A stretch of DNA of 62,612 bases, filler included, from Globobulimina sp. (lineage: Eukaryota): the NCBI GenBank assembly GCA_003354225.1. It is 28 parts of 28 records of this genome, joined end to end, with 100 filler letters (N's around TTAATTAATTAA, not from the genome) between each part and the next. Parts side by side here need not be neighbours in the genome. Positions count along the whole stretch, not along the records: positions 22,417 to 24,556 come from PIVH01008688.1; positions 24,657 to 26,796 come from PIVH01008689.1; positions 26,897 to 29,036 come from PIVH01008690.1; positions 29,137 to 31,276 come from PIVH01008691.1; positions 31,377 to 33,516 come from PIVH01008692.1; 23 more parts are not named here. One strand, written 5' to 3'. Below are positions 22,417 to 33,616 of this stretch, in pieces (within the stretch, counting starts at the first letter, position 1; the number at the start of each line of letters is the position of its first letter). The position numbers and the translations under genes are program-made. A model generated the notes under the pieces. That model was not told the DNA's origin. It saw only the letters and a list, made by a program, of their open reading frames with translations, and searched no databases.

Positions 22417-24311
22417 AAGACCTCAATCCTTGATTCCAATTCATTTTCTTTTGAAAACGTATAATTATTATGTATCGTTTTTGAATTACTCATCGATATA
22501 AAGTCAGTAAACTTATTATAATTTACTTGTTTCTGTTTCTGTTTCTGTTTCTTATTCGCTTTTCCTTTGCTCACATTGCCCTTCGTCGCCATAAACATAT
22601 CATTGATATTATCATCGCCCGGTTCGTCCACAATGTAATACGGATTCTCGTACACTTCATCCACGTTTTTGTGCGGTATCACCTCAGTTTCATTTATATC
22701 ATCACCGAAATCCACAGCGTTTTTGCGATTTGATAGCGGTTTATTTGTCATCAAATAGTCGACGTATTGTTTTTGTGTTTGTGGTTCATGGTTGTAAGAG
22801 CGCCTTTTTTTGGGTGTTTTGCATAGTCGGCCATGGCCAAAATCATTCAACAAATCAGATTTGGAATGATTGTGCTTGGCTGCTCTTGTACTTTTTTGTG
22901 GCAATGTTTTCGCAGATTTTAACTTAAGAAATTGCAGCTGATTCGGGCCTAAATTGCCTAACCTGCAGCTGTTTGGTGTATTGCTTTTAAATAAGTCGTG
23001 CACCGAACTCGTACTCGTATATATTTCATCATCGTCCTGTTCATTTTCTGACGACGGATTACACGAAGAATCATTCAAAATGTATTTATTTTCATTCATG
23101 GCACTCTCTAAGAAATTTATGATTTGCTTTAAATTGTATTTCTTTGCCAAATCTAAAGGGGTCAAACCCCCATTTTCGAAGGCACTGAAATGGAATAAAC
23201 AGTTCGGACGGAGCTCAGTTATAATTTTTATAGATTCCAAAACTTCCGTTTCTGACAACAGTTTCTTATAATTACCAATTTGCGGTGAAAATGGAGTGTT
23301 TGTATTGGTGTTTGTTAACGACATGATTTCATTATGTAATATTTCATTATATTTCGGGTTTTCTAATAGTTTCCGGGCAGAGATTATCTTTTTTAATTTG
23401 GTTAATAAGGTATTTAATTCCAAGATGGCCATTTCTATTTTGTCAGAATGTGTGTTTTTATATTTTTTTTTTAAAATAACTATCCTCAAAACCACAATTT
23501 TTAACAAATCAATAAACGTTAATTTGTATTTATTGTTATCGTATTCATTTTGATTATTTATTAATCGTTTACTCATAAACCATTCAATTAATTTTATAGC
23601 GATGTTACCCCTATTTTTGCTTGGATTTACCTGCACATTTTCGATAATTTTATAAATATAAATTTTCACATTTTTGGGTGTGGTTTTGAAGGATTTGAGG
23701 TAATTTTTCTTATTTAAACAATGATTTAATAGATAAAAGGATTTAAATTCAATGAATTGATGTATTTTATGTCTATTATTTTTATCATTAAATCTGTATT
23801 TTGTAAAGGTTTTGGAGCCCCAACATTTCATCATAATATCAATCAATTGGCAGCAATACAAATCCATATCGCTCCCTGATGAGCATATATGTGAGGAACA
23901 TATAAAAACTTGGTTTATCCATTCATTTTGTATCAAATAATTCATTTTAAATGGCGAATATTCCTCAAATATGTCATAGATATACAATGTGGCATAGATC
24001 CAATTCTTATTAAGACTCGTAGCGCTGAACGATTGTCGTTTGGATTTTATTGGTCGGTACGGACGTAAGGTAAAGAAACTATTGATCATAAACGAAATAT
24101 CTTCTTCATTGCAGGGCATATATTTATTATTATATTTGTCATCTAAATGTTTGACATGATCACCATTCTTTTGTTTGAGTTTCCAATTAATTTGCTTTTG
24201 CACAATTGTACATAAGTTATCAATCAATAATTCTTGTTGGCCGCGACTGTCCGCATATAAATCGGGGAAACTTTCGGTTATTCGGTGTGGATCAGAAGCT
24301 CCATTGCCCAT
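22417..24311 (-). CDS. Hypothetical N-myristoylated protein with an ankyrin-like repeat, 3'-partial
   Basis: MGNGAS start; GLTPLDLAKKYNLKQIINFL; ORF of more than 630 aa. Confidence 0.6.
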
Positions 24312-24375
24312 TGTTTGTTGTGTTGGTTGATAGTGTAAAAAACCTGAAGTTAATGTGAAGAAAACCTGAAGTAAA

Positions 24376-24556
24376 ATGCTATCTGTCTGGTTGCTATCTT
24401 TCGCATTTTATTATTTCCCGATTACCACCGGACAACCTGATCAAGTCGATACAGTGCATATTGTATTCAGCAATCATTTGGATTTTGGATACATTAACGG
24501 TGTTGGTGGGCAATGTGCAAATAATGATGATTGCTTTGCGTACGCCGTAGCCAATC
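24376..24556 (+). CDS. Secreted GH38-like / DUF5054-like protein, N-terminus only
   Basis: Signal peptide followed by VHIVFSNHLDFGY. Confidence 0.55.
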
Positions 24557-24656
24557 NNNNNNNNNNNNNNNNNNNNNNNNNNNNNNNNNNNNNNNNNNNN
24601 TTAATTAATTAANNNNNNNNNNNNNNNNNNNNNNNNNNNNNNNNNNNNNNNNNNNN

Positions 24657-26783
24657 GATAAGTCCGGCAGTATGAGCGGGAATAAATGGAATTATACAGT
24701 TAAAACCACAAATATGGCATTACAAAAATTAAGAAACGGTGTTGATAGATATCGCATTATTTTATGCGGTTCAACGCTTGATTATATTCCTAAAAATATA
24801 CATATATTACAATTAGTGCAAGAATCAAATATCAATGATTCAATAAAATATTTGCAAGCTCAAAGAGCCACTGGTTCAGAACAATTAAATCAAGGCTTAT
24901 TGGAAGGTATCAAAGCAATTAAAATGGATATTTCAGTATTGAATAACGACAAAAATATTGAATATAATTTTTTTATGAATCAAATTATTTTTATTTCAGG
25001 TATTCTTTCTATTGAACTTTGAGAACAACAAAAACAAAAAACAAATAAATAAAAGACGGAAGACCAACAATCGGAGAATGTAATGTTGATAAAATAATAA
25101 CGAATGTTAAAAATGCAAATGATATTTCTAAAATTGACAAATATTCCAATAAAATATCTGTATTCGCATTTGGTGTCGGAAGAGATGGAAATGGCGCCCG
25201 ATGGATGAATGATTTGCCGCATGCTTTTCTAAAATCATTGGCTGTGAATAATAACGGTTTTTATAAACGGATTCGACAAAAAACTGCGGATAGCGAATTA
25301 ACGCAATATATTGATATTATATCAAAACCAATTTGTGCTAATATTAAAATTAAATACTCGAACAATTCATATGTTAATTCCTCCACATTGACCCAAACAA
25401 AATTCAACTCATTGTATCGAGGAAATGATTTAATTGTTTGTGGTAAGTTCGATAAGACAGCAAAGGCAATGACTGCAGTGATATCATCAATAAGTTGTTC
25501 CAAAACAGGTCAACCGATTACGATCAATAAAACAGTTCAAATTAATATTAATGAGGATTTTGATGATAACAAAGAAACTGAAAATGAATTAGGTGCTGGT
25601 TCCAATAATGTTGACCGAATCTGGGCATATTTATCATTGCAGCAACATGCCACAAAGAAATTAAAATATAATGATATGATTGAAATGGATGAAGATGAGC
25701 AGAAACAGGAAAATAAGGTACCATTGCAATTAGCAATGAAATATAAGTTTGTTACTCCATGGACCTCAATGATCGTTGTTAAACATAAAAAAAAAGAAAA
25801 AGAAAATGAAAGTATACCACCGCCGTCCAAACCAATTGCTTCAAAACCAATACCAAGCTCAGGAAGAGGAAGAGGCAGAGGAAGAGGCAGAGGAAGAGGC
25901 AGAGCTAGAGGTAGAATAAAATATGATGGTAGACACTCTGAAGGGAATAGATTCATTTCAAATGTAGATCTTGGATCTGAAAAGATAAAAAAAGGAAGAT
26001 TTGTTGCCAAACGATCCGTTGCACGGTCCTCCAGACCAATGGCCAGAAGATCTAAAGCTGCAGCTCCAATGTATTCGATAACGTCATCGGCACCGTCGGC
26101 ACCGTCAATGAGAGGGGCTCCATAATTCCCATCATACACTGCCTCTGCAGCTCCATCAATGTCGTCAAATCCGTACACGTCTGCTCCATCAATGATGTCA
26201 CGTATGAATTGTATATACATAAAATGTTTGATTCATTTCATGTAAGTATATTCATCATATTCATATATATAATCATTGTACCTTTAGATTCGACAATGTC
26301 ATCGGTACGGTCGGCACCGCCAAATCCAATGTCATCGGCACCGTTAATGGGATCTGCTCCACCATTGTCAATGGGAGCGGCTGCTCGAGCTCCATCATAC
26401 CGAGGGATGGCAAACAACAATAATAGTCATTTCATGTCACGTATGATTGTATATACATAAAATATTTGATTCATTTCATCTAAATATACTGTATATTCAT
26501 CATATTCATATATATATATATATATTATATGGTCACTGTACCTTTAGATTCTGAACTTTCTTCCACTGCGTATGCTATGGCTCCACCTTCTTTCGGTGCT
26601 CCAATGCAAAATATGGCAATGCATAGCCGTCCAATGATACCAAATATGGGCTCTTTCGGTGCTCCACCTTCAAACATGGGAATGGCTCCACCTTCTTTCG
26701 GTGATAGAATTAAAAACATCGGCACTTTATGTGGTGCAATTCAATCTGCTTGGGCACCGCCCGTCATTGATAGTGACGAATGA
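24657..26783 (+). CDS. ITIH-like vWA-domain protein with RG repeats and P/S/M-rich tail; introns 25000..25055, 26202..26287, 26441..26547; in-frame TAA at 26123
   Basis: MIDAS DKSGSM, spliced IIFISDGRP, FAFGVG, RIWAYL and KYKFVTPWTSMIVV are ITIH hallmarks. Confidence 0.8.
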
Positions 26784-27019
26784 ATTTGTGCAATGTNNNN
26801 NNNNNNNNNNNNNNNNNNNNNNNNNNNNNNNNNNNNNNNNTTAATTAATTAANNNNNNNNNNNNNNNNNNNNNNNNNNNNNNNNNNNNNNNNNNNNTCAT
26901 TGACCGTCGTATGGCCCAACAACGACCACTCTGTGCTGGCTACCAAATGACTAAAAGCATACTGCCCATTGGAATACGATGTGCCTTCGTAATATGCTTC
27001 ATTCTCAGTCGTGTCCTCC

Positions 27020-28921
27020 TCATACTTCATTACAGTCTGTGTGCCATTTAATAATTATATTAATTATAACAACAAAAAGTACTGTAACTGAAATGTCCAT
27101 CAAATCGTTGAAAGGTCCCTTTGTCCGCGCCCTGACCATTTCGATTGGATTGCTTTTTAATTGTTTGATATTTATATTTCTTAGGATTGCATTGTATGAA
27201 TGGCCGGGACTTAAACCTAAGCCAAAGACTGAGGCTCCCACAGAATTTAAGAATATTCCATACAAAGTCGCGCCGTGCGGCAATCCGTCATCATTTACAA
27301 ATAAATTATCGAAAATCTCGTCAGATTGAGGAACATCATCGATATTAAAGCTAAACGAAAAGGCTTCGTCCATTTCTTGTCGCAAACTATTAATTATATC
27401 CATTGCCCACATTTTCTTATTGTTAATTAAGACAAATTTATTTTCTTTATTTGCAATCAAATCCAACCGCTGTAACAATAATCGACTGTGGCCATATCGC
27501 GGCATCACTGCAATATTCTGATAATTTGGGCCAATATCAACATTTTCAATCAACAAACCATTAAATCCATTCATTGCAATACCAGCAATCTCAAAATCGA
27601 TCATTTTCACATTGTAGATATGTACATTGTTGTTGTTATTGCCATGGATGCAATGATGCGAATTTAATCCCAAAATGCCATTCTTTATAATAATATTTGA
27701 TGCAAAATGAACATTTACGGAGCCAAAATTTGCAGGGCCCTGACCAGAAAGAAATGGTTTTGAGCCCAATTCGATTAACATAAAAAATCGTTGCTGAATA
27801 AAGAAATCTTTGCTCATTTTTAATGAAAACGTATTTAAATCGATAACAACATCATCGGTTTCAACTGTAATTCCGGCAAAAAAACCCATGCAATATGGAC
27901 CAATAAAATTATTTGATGGATATTCATTTATATTTGACATTTGTTGATTGGTTGGATACCAATAATAATTATCTGTATTATTTATTTTATTGTTTATATT
28001 TATATCATTCAACGGCGCCGCATTCATATTTAATGTGACATCTTCCATTAAAATATAAGTTCCACACTTTGTGATTCTGTACGTTCCATATTCAAAATCT
28101 TTATTTCGTAATTCAACCACTCTCAGTTTACAATCAATATCATTGCCATCCAAGTCGTTTAAATTAATATTATTTGTGTCCACAAAATATAATGGTTGGA
28201 CTACTTTATTTGTTTTGGTTGCTTTTGGTTTTATGCATGGACAATATTCTCCATTCAAACCAATTGATGGCAAATAATTCCACGACGAAGTAACACATTC
28301 TTTTTGCGTCGTATCTTTATTATTTATCCATTCATCATTTATATTCAATGCAATATGCGTACATAAGCCTGGATATTTTGTGCCATCGTCGTCGCCAAAA
28401 CGACCCAATCCATTCAACGTACATTCATTGCATTGTAAGGTTGTTGCGTCCATATCGCATTTTGCTTTGGTCGCAAAAGAACAGCCATAATAATTACCAG
28501 TCATATAATACGCAATATCAATCTCATTATTTTGTTGTGCACATTTATTACAATCGGATGAAATGGAAAAAGACATATTTTCAGCAATCTGCAGCCATTT
28601 GGGCCAATTTATATGTTCCAATCCGACATTCATTGATCCAAATTCTAATGTCATATTCATAAACGATGTGAAATAATTTACAATATTTGCATCCAAGGAA
28701 TAATCCAAAATTATCCATTCGTTACTACATCGTACTAAGATTGATGGGAATGCATTTTCATCCAATTTCTCTAATTCATAATTATTGAGGAATGTTATTG
28801 GTCGGATATAATGCAATCCATCTGGTAAACCAATACAAGTCACTGGATTTGAGTCCATATCTCTCTCAATGCATACACTAATGTTAAAATAAGATAAAAA
28901 TATCAAGAGAAACGGAGACAT
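27020..28921 (-). CDS. Secreted Cys-rich plus parallel beta-helix-like protein (3' end probably chimeric or spliced)
   Basis: Signal peptide; GTYRITKCGTYILMED, FFAGITVETDDVVIDLN and NIIIKNGILG repeats are typical of pectin-lyase-like folds. Confidence 0.6.
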   Translation of the reverse strand: MSPFLLIFLSYFNISVCIERDMDSNPVTCIGLPDGLHYIRPITFLNNYELEKLDENAFPSILVRCSNEWIILDYSLDANIVNYFTSFMNMTLEFGSMNVGLEHINWPKWLQIAENMSFSISSDCNKCAQQNNEIDIAYYMTGNYYGCSFATKAKCDMDATTLQCNECTLNGLGRFGDDDGTKYPGLCTHIALNINDEWINNKDTTQKECVTSSWNYLPSIGLNGEYCPCIKPKATKTNKVVQPLYFVDTNNINLNDLDGNDIDCKLRVVELRNKDFEYGTYRITKCGTYILMEDVTLNMNAAPLNDININNKINNTDNYYWYPTNQQMSNINEYPSNNFIGPYCMGFFAGITVETDDVVIDLNTFSLKMSKDFFIQQRFFMLIELGSKPFLSGQGPANFGSVNVHFASNIIIKNGILGLNSHHCIHGNNNNNVHIYNVKMIDFEIAGIAMNGFNGLLIENVDIGPNYQNIAVMPRYGHSRLLLQRLDLIANKENKFVLINNKKMWAMDIINSLRQEMDEAFSFSFNIDDVPQSDEIFDNLFVNDDGLPHGATLYGIFLNSVGASVFGLGLSPGHSYNAILRNINIKQLKSNPIEMVRARTKGPFNDLMDISVTVLFVVIINIIIKWHTDCNEV

Positions 28922-29144
28922 TAGGGTTTTTGCTTTTAGTTCATTTCTTCAATGAACGCTTTGATAATTGAAGAAAAAAAAACTTTTGTCATTTAGAAAC
29001 ATAACATTTTGCTTTCGTCATGGCACTCAGCGAATTNNNNNNNNNNNNNNNNNNNNNNNNNNNNNNNNNNNNNNNNNNNNTTAATTAATTAANNNNNNNN
29101 NNNNNNNNNNNNNNNNNNNNNNNNNNNNNNNNNNNNTTAGTAAA

Positions 29145-29567
29145 ATGAACAAACGAATCCGTTTATCCCTCGGCCTTCTGACCATTGGAACCTTTCTCTT
29201 AATGAGCACTGCTTATGGTCAGGATTCAGATGAAGCAGCCCTGGCTAAAGCCACCCAGAATCCCTTGGCTGCCATGTACAGCCTGCCCTTTCAAAACAAT
29301 ACCACCTATGGATATGGCACCTATGACCGTGCTCAGAATATTTTAAATATACAACCTGTTTTGCCCTTCTCTCTGGGAGACAAGGTTAACCTGATCAACC
29401 GAATTATTCTGCCTATCATTACCCAACCTTCCTCCACCGAGGACGCAAGTTCAACCGGACTGGGAGATATGAGCTGGTCGGCCTGGCTTTCACCTTCGAA
29501 AGGAGGGAAGATTACCTGGGGCCTCGGGCCGGTCCTTCAGTTGCCCACATCTTCTTCCAGTGAATTT
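29145..29567 (+). CDS. Bacterial outer-membrane protein fragment ('neuromedin U'-annotated / MetA-pathway transporter-like family)
   Basis: Signal peptide, LAKATQNPLA, LNIQPVLPF, INRIILP, GLGD, WGLGP..LPT. GC is higher than the flanks and the gene is abruptly truncated. Confidence 0.75.
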
Positions 29568-29569
29568 GT

Positions 29570-30127
29570 ACAGGTGATACCACCACTTCTCCTCCGCGAA
29601 GCCACAGCAAATGTTTCGTCAAAATCGCCATTCGATTGCGGTGCCGGTGGTGCTAAGGGCCCAATTATTTTATGTGCGTCGTCGTGGTCGTGGTCGTTGT
29701 CACTTTTTAGTGGCAATCCCGTTAATTGATGATTGGAGGAGCGCATATGTACAAGTTTAGTCTCACGGACATGCTCATGATCATTTATTTTAGACTCAGC
29801 TGCAGCTTCTTCTTCTTCTTCGTCTTCGTAATAATATTCATACTCATCTTCGTCTTCGTCTTCATCATCGATTACTTTTACATGCTGCGTTTTTGCATCG
29901 TGATTGTCGTACAAATCATCGGATGATTTATTTTCATATAAAGCATATTCTTCGTCACGTTCACGCACAATTTCACGGATGAAGTTCATAGGCAACTCCA
30001 TCATGGACGGGGTGTGTTGGAGGCGGGATGAACCCATCAGGTTTTCACATTGGTCGAAAAATAAGGTGGCATTTTGTTTTAATGTACCCACTGACAGTGG
30101 CGACAACATTTCTTGAGTGTCTTCCAT
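29570..30127 (-). CDS. Acidic low-complexity eukaryotic protein, N-terminal part
   Basis: ATG start, D/E-rich; cut at the chimeric junction. Confidence 0.5.
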
Positions 30128-30321
30128 TAGCTATAGCCTAGGAATATTAACCCACGACGGGATGTTCTTGAGTTGAGCGACTGTTTTGGGAGTTAAAGAT
30201 TTTGACGCTCAACTTTTTTTTGTTGAGCCATTTTGGCCCTTAAAATAACGAACCACTTTTCTTTTTTGTGGAAGAAGTACTTTTTTAATCAAGCAATCAC
30301 AACATACAGAATAGAGTGAGA

Positions 30322-30331
30322 GTGCAAGGAT
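30322..30331 (-). repeat. ATCCTTGCAC dispersed motif copy, intergenic
   Basis: Exact GTGCAAGGAT on the + strand. Confidence 0.8.
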
Positions 30332-30435
30332 AAAACAAACTGAATCCCTAATAATAAATATTCAAAAACAACAGGAATTGGTGGATTCTTCACAATTGAT
30401 GTTACATATATACATTTAACTCACCAGCCCTCAAA

Positions 30436-30801
30436 TCAAATTTTCTCATTGTTGTTGTTGTTAAAATTGCTATTTTCGTTTTTTAATTTGCTATTTTCTT
30501 TTTTTAATTTTATATTTTCTTCATTCTTCAGTTTTAATTGCGTTTCCAATGAAGTTATACGCATTTCCAATGTCCTCTTGTCTTGTTTCGATCGATTTTC
30601 TTGTCTGTTTAGTTGTGTATCCAGCCCTTTGACTATTTGATCTTGGAAATCAGCAAATAAGCTTGTAATTCTTGCCTTTGCTATCAATTCATCATGTTTT
30701 ATTTGTGCGATTTCAAATAATAATAATTCATCGATATCTTTTTTATCATCTTCATCTTCATCGATATCTTTTTTATCAAGTTGAGGTGTTTTGTGTGACA
30801 T
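30436..30801 (-). CDS. Small coiled-coil hypothetical protein
   Basis: Duplicated DKKDIDE and ENxKLK heptads. Confidence 0.5.
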   Translation of the reverse strand: MSHKTPQLDKKDIDEDEDDKKDIDELLLFEIAQIKHDELIAKARITSLFADFQDQIVKGLDTQLNRQENRSKQDKRTLEMRITSLETQLKLKNEENIKLKKENSKLKNENSNFNNNNNEKI

Positions 30802-30884
30802 GATAAAGTATCCGTCAACGTCACAAAGATTTCCTAGTACCTTGAAGAAAAAAACAAAAGATTTACATTTAATTAAAGTAATAT

Positions 30885-31276
30885 CTAACAAATAGGATAG
30901 TCGACCCAATTAAAATTCTCATCAGTTGGAGCATTATTCATCAGTATCTCAACCATTTTTTTTTGAAAATACCATTTTGCCTGAAATCTATCCCGAATAT
31001 CTTTCCTTGGGGCACATTTCTGTATTTTTTGTACAAACTCATTTGGTATGCCATTCAATCCGTGAAAGACACCCATAACTCCCCCAACAATGCAGGCGTT
31101 CGTATCTGTATCACCACCCTCTCCAACCACACTTTTAATGGCATCATAATATGAATGCTTTTTCAATAAATGGAAGCAAACCCTTTGAAATGCGATCTTT
31201 ACAAAACCTTTGAACTCTGTCGCTGTCTGCAACTTTTCCAAATCATTGCCATCCACATATTTCAACCAATCATTCA
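30885..31276 (-). CDS. ADP-ribosylglycohydrolase (ARH/DraG family), C-terminal fragment
   Basis: GGDTDTNACIVGGVMG..G..IP signature. Confidence 0.85.
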
Positions 31277-31917
31277 NNNNNNNNNNNNNNNNNNNNNNNN
31301 NNNNNNNNNNNNNNNNNNNNTTAATTAATTAANNNNNNNNNNNNNNNNNNNNNNNNNNNNNNNNNNNNNNNNNNNNAAATAAGCGCTTTCAAGATAGCAT
31401 AAATTATTCAATTAAACCCAAGTTTGATTATAATAATGATGATCCAAATTCGATCGAATGCCTTGAATCTGTAAATACCAACAAAATCACAGGTTTTATA
31501 ATTGACAAACAAAAAAAACAAGACCCCATTGTCGTAATGGTAGACCAAGTCGTTGCAAAACAAAAAAACAAAACTATTACTAAACTGAATACCTTATTAA
31601 ATACAAAATATACCACATCGGGAGTACGAATCACGAATAACGATGTTTTAACCGAATTAGAAAGTTAATTCATCTCTGTTTTCCTTCTTCCCAAATTTTA
31701 CAATGTTTGCGACGACTTTGGTGTATTTTTAATTTGTTCTGGCGCTTAGTATGTGACACAAAATCACTTCTTACGATTGAATCTTTTATTAAATTCTCCA
31801 CTGTTCTCAATTTCATTTATATTATACAACAACCACAACACTTTCCATTTTACAATGTGTATATGTCTGTTTTGTGAATTTTCAAATTTAAATTTCTAAT
31901 CAGATGGCAATTTTAAT

Positions 31918-33516
31918 TTGAATAATATTTTTAAATTGTATTCGCCTTCAAATTCTTCAAAATTAAAAAATATATTAAACAAAACTGATAAATTTGAGAT
32001 TAAAGTTGAATTAATTCTATTTTTCTGTGGATATGTCTCCGATGAATTTAATATTTATGATTTATATTACAAAATATCAAAATATTTAAGTCCCAAAATT
32101 AAAAACATTGATCATTTATCAATCTCAAAAGAGCTAAAATCTTTATTTGTGAATAAATGGAATGCAGTAAATATTAACAATTATATTATCTCATTTATTA
32201 AAATAATTTCAGACAGCTTAAGTTTATTGATACCAACGGATAAAAATCAGACTTTGTTATTTCGTACAATTCATATATTTTGTGCCTATAAAATGTTTGA
32301 TTTATCAAAACTTTCTGAATTATTATTACCATTTATTAAAAATGACAGAGTATCACCATCGTCATTATATTCATGGATTAATAAAGGTATTAAACATGCC
32401 TTAGATAGAAATAATTCATATTATATTACATTTTCTGCAAATTTCATGCAATCTCAAATTGCTACAAAATCAAAATCATCATTGGATCAATTATTGTCAT
32501 CTACATTTTTATCATATGATCAATCAGAATTTCATGAAAAACCAAATAAAATGTTACAGGCCTTAGAAAATGCGATGATTTTGGACAAAATAAAAACAGC
32601 AAATATCACAAATAAAATTAATAATCAGAATAAAAATAATTATAATAATCGGAAACCATGGACAAATTATACAAATAATTCGAATAATCCAACTGTAAAT
32701 AATTCAAATAATAATTCAGTAAATAAACAAAATGATCCTCCAAAAAAAGATCGTAATTTGAATCCATTGGCGGCTGAGAAAGTGTGTCAAAATTTATTAG
32801 GAAAATCTGGCACTTCATTTTCATTAAAAAGCAAATATTGCTGCTTTTATAATGCATATAATTATTGTCGTTTAGGTGCAAATTGTCGCAGAGCTCATAT
32901 TTGTATCATTGATAATAAAAAACATCCATTAATGAATTGTGATAAAATTTAGCCAATTATATTATTGGTATGAATATTCGTTACTATTTTTCTATCAATT
33001 TTTAATATTGGCTCTATAAATTTTATTTGAATTGATAATATTAACAATTTATAATGAAATATTAATTTTTTATTCTCCTTCTTTTCCCTTCAAAATTTCC
33101 AACTTTTTTTACTAAATTTTATCTTATTTTTAATTATTTAATATTACTCAAATTTTAATTTCTTTTGATGTGAATTTAATGATTATATTAATTTGCATTG
33201 TTTGTTGTATACATTCTTTGTCTGTCAATAATATCTACTCTGTCCACACTAAAATCCATTAATATGCCAATAAATCCAGTGATCGATCCATTAATATCTG
33301 AAAAAGTAAAAAATTTACAAAAATTACATGCCGAAGGATATAAAAACAAACACCATTTCAACACAAATGCATTCAGAAAATATTTAAAAAATAAACAAAA
33401 TGGAAACATTGAAATACATTTTATCGAAAAAGGCTTTCCTTTATGGAAATCCTTCCATAATAAAAACTGGGAACCTTTAAACCTGTCAACAAAAATAAAC
33501 AATTTAGTGTGTTCAA
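31918..33516 (+). mobile_element. DIRS/Ngaro-like retrotransposon fragment: gag-like ORF1 (31918-32952) and start of ORF2
   Basis: ORF1 ends in an N-rich linker then CCFYNAYNYCRLGANCRRAHIC..HPLMNC (CCCH finger plus knuckle). The downstream ORF has FIEKGFPL, like the region preceding RT in YR elements. No introns. Confidence 0.5.
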
Positions 33517-33616
33517 NNNNNNNNNNNNNNNNNNNNNNNNNNNNNNNNNNNNNNNNNNNNTTAATTAATTAANNNNNNNNNNNNNNNNNNNNNNNNNNNN
33601 NNNNNNNNNNNNNNNN

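Noticed and set aside
26123-26125. Stop-codon reassignment (TAA read as sense)
   Set aside because: Conserved genes (SKP1, G-alpha, G-beta) end in TAA at the expected positions and no conserved domain has recurrent internal stops.
25537-26220. 227-aa minus-strand ORF and many similar antisense ORFs (e.g. 5739-6263, 58707-59237)
   Set aside because: Shadow frames of well-supported genes on the opposite strand.
16110-31276. ADP-ribosyltransferase plus ADP-ribosylglycohydrolase as a linked toxin-antitoxin-like system
   Set aside because: They lie on different contigs, and contig order only reflects length sorting.
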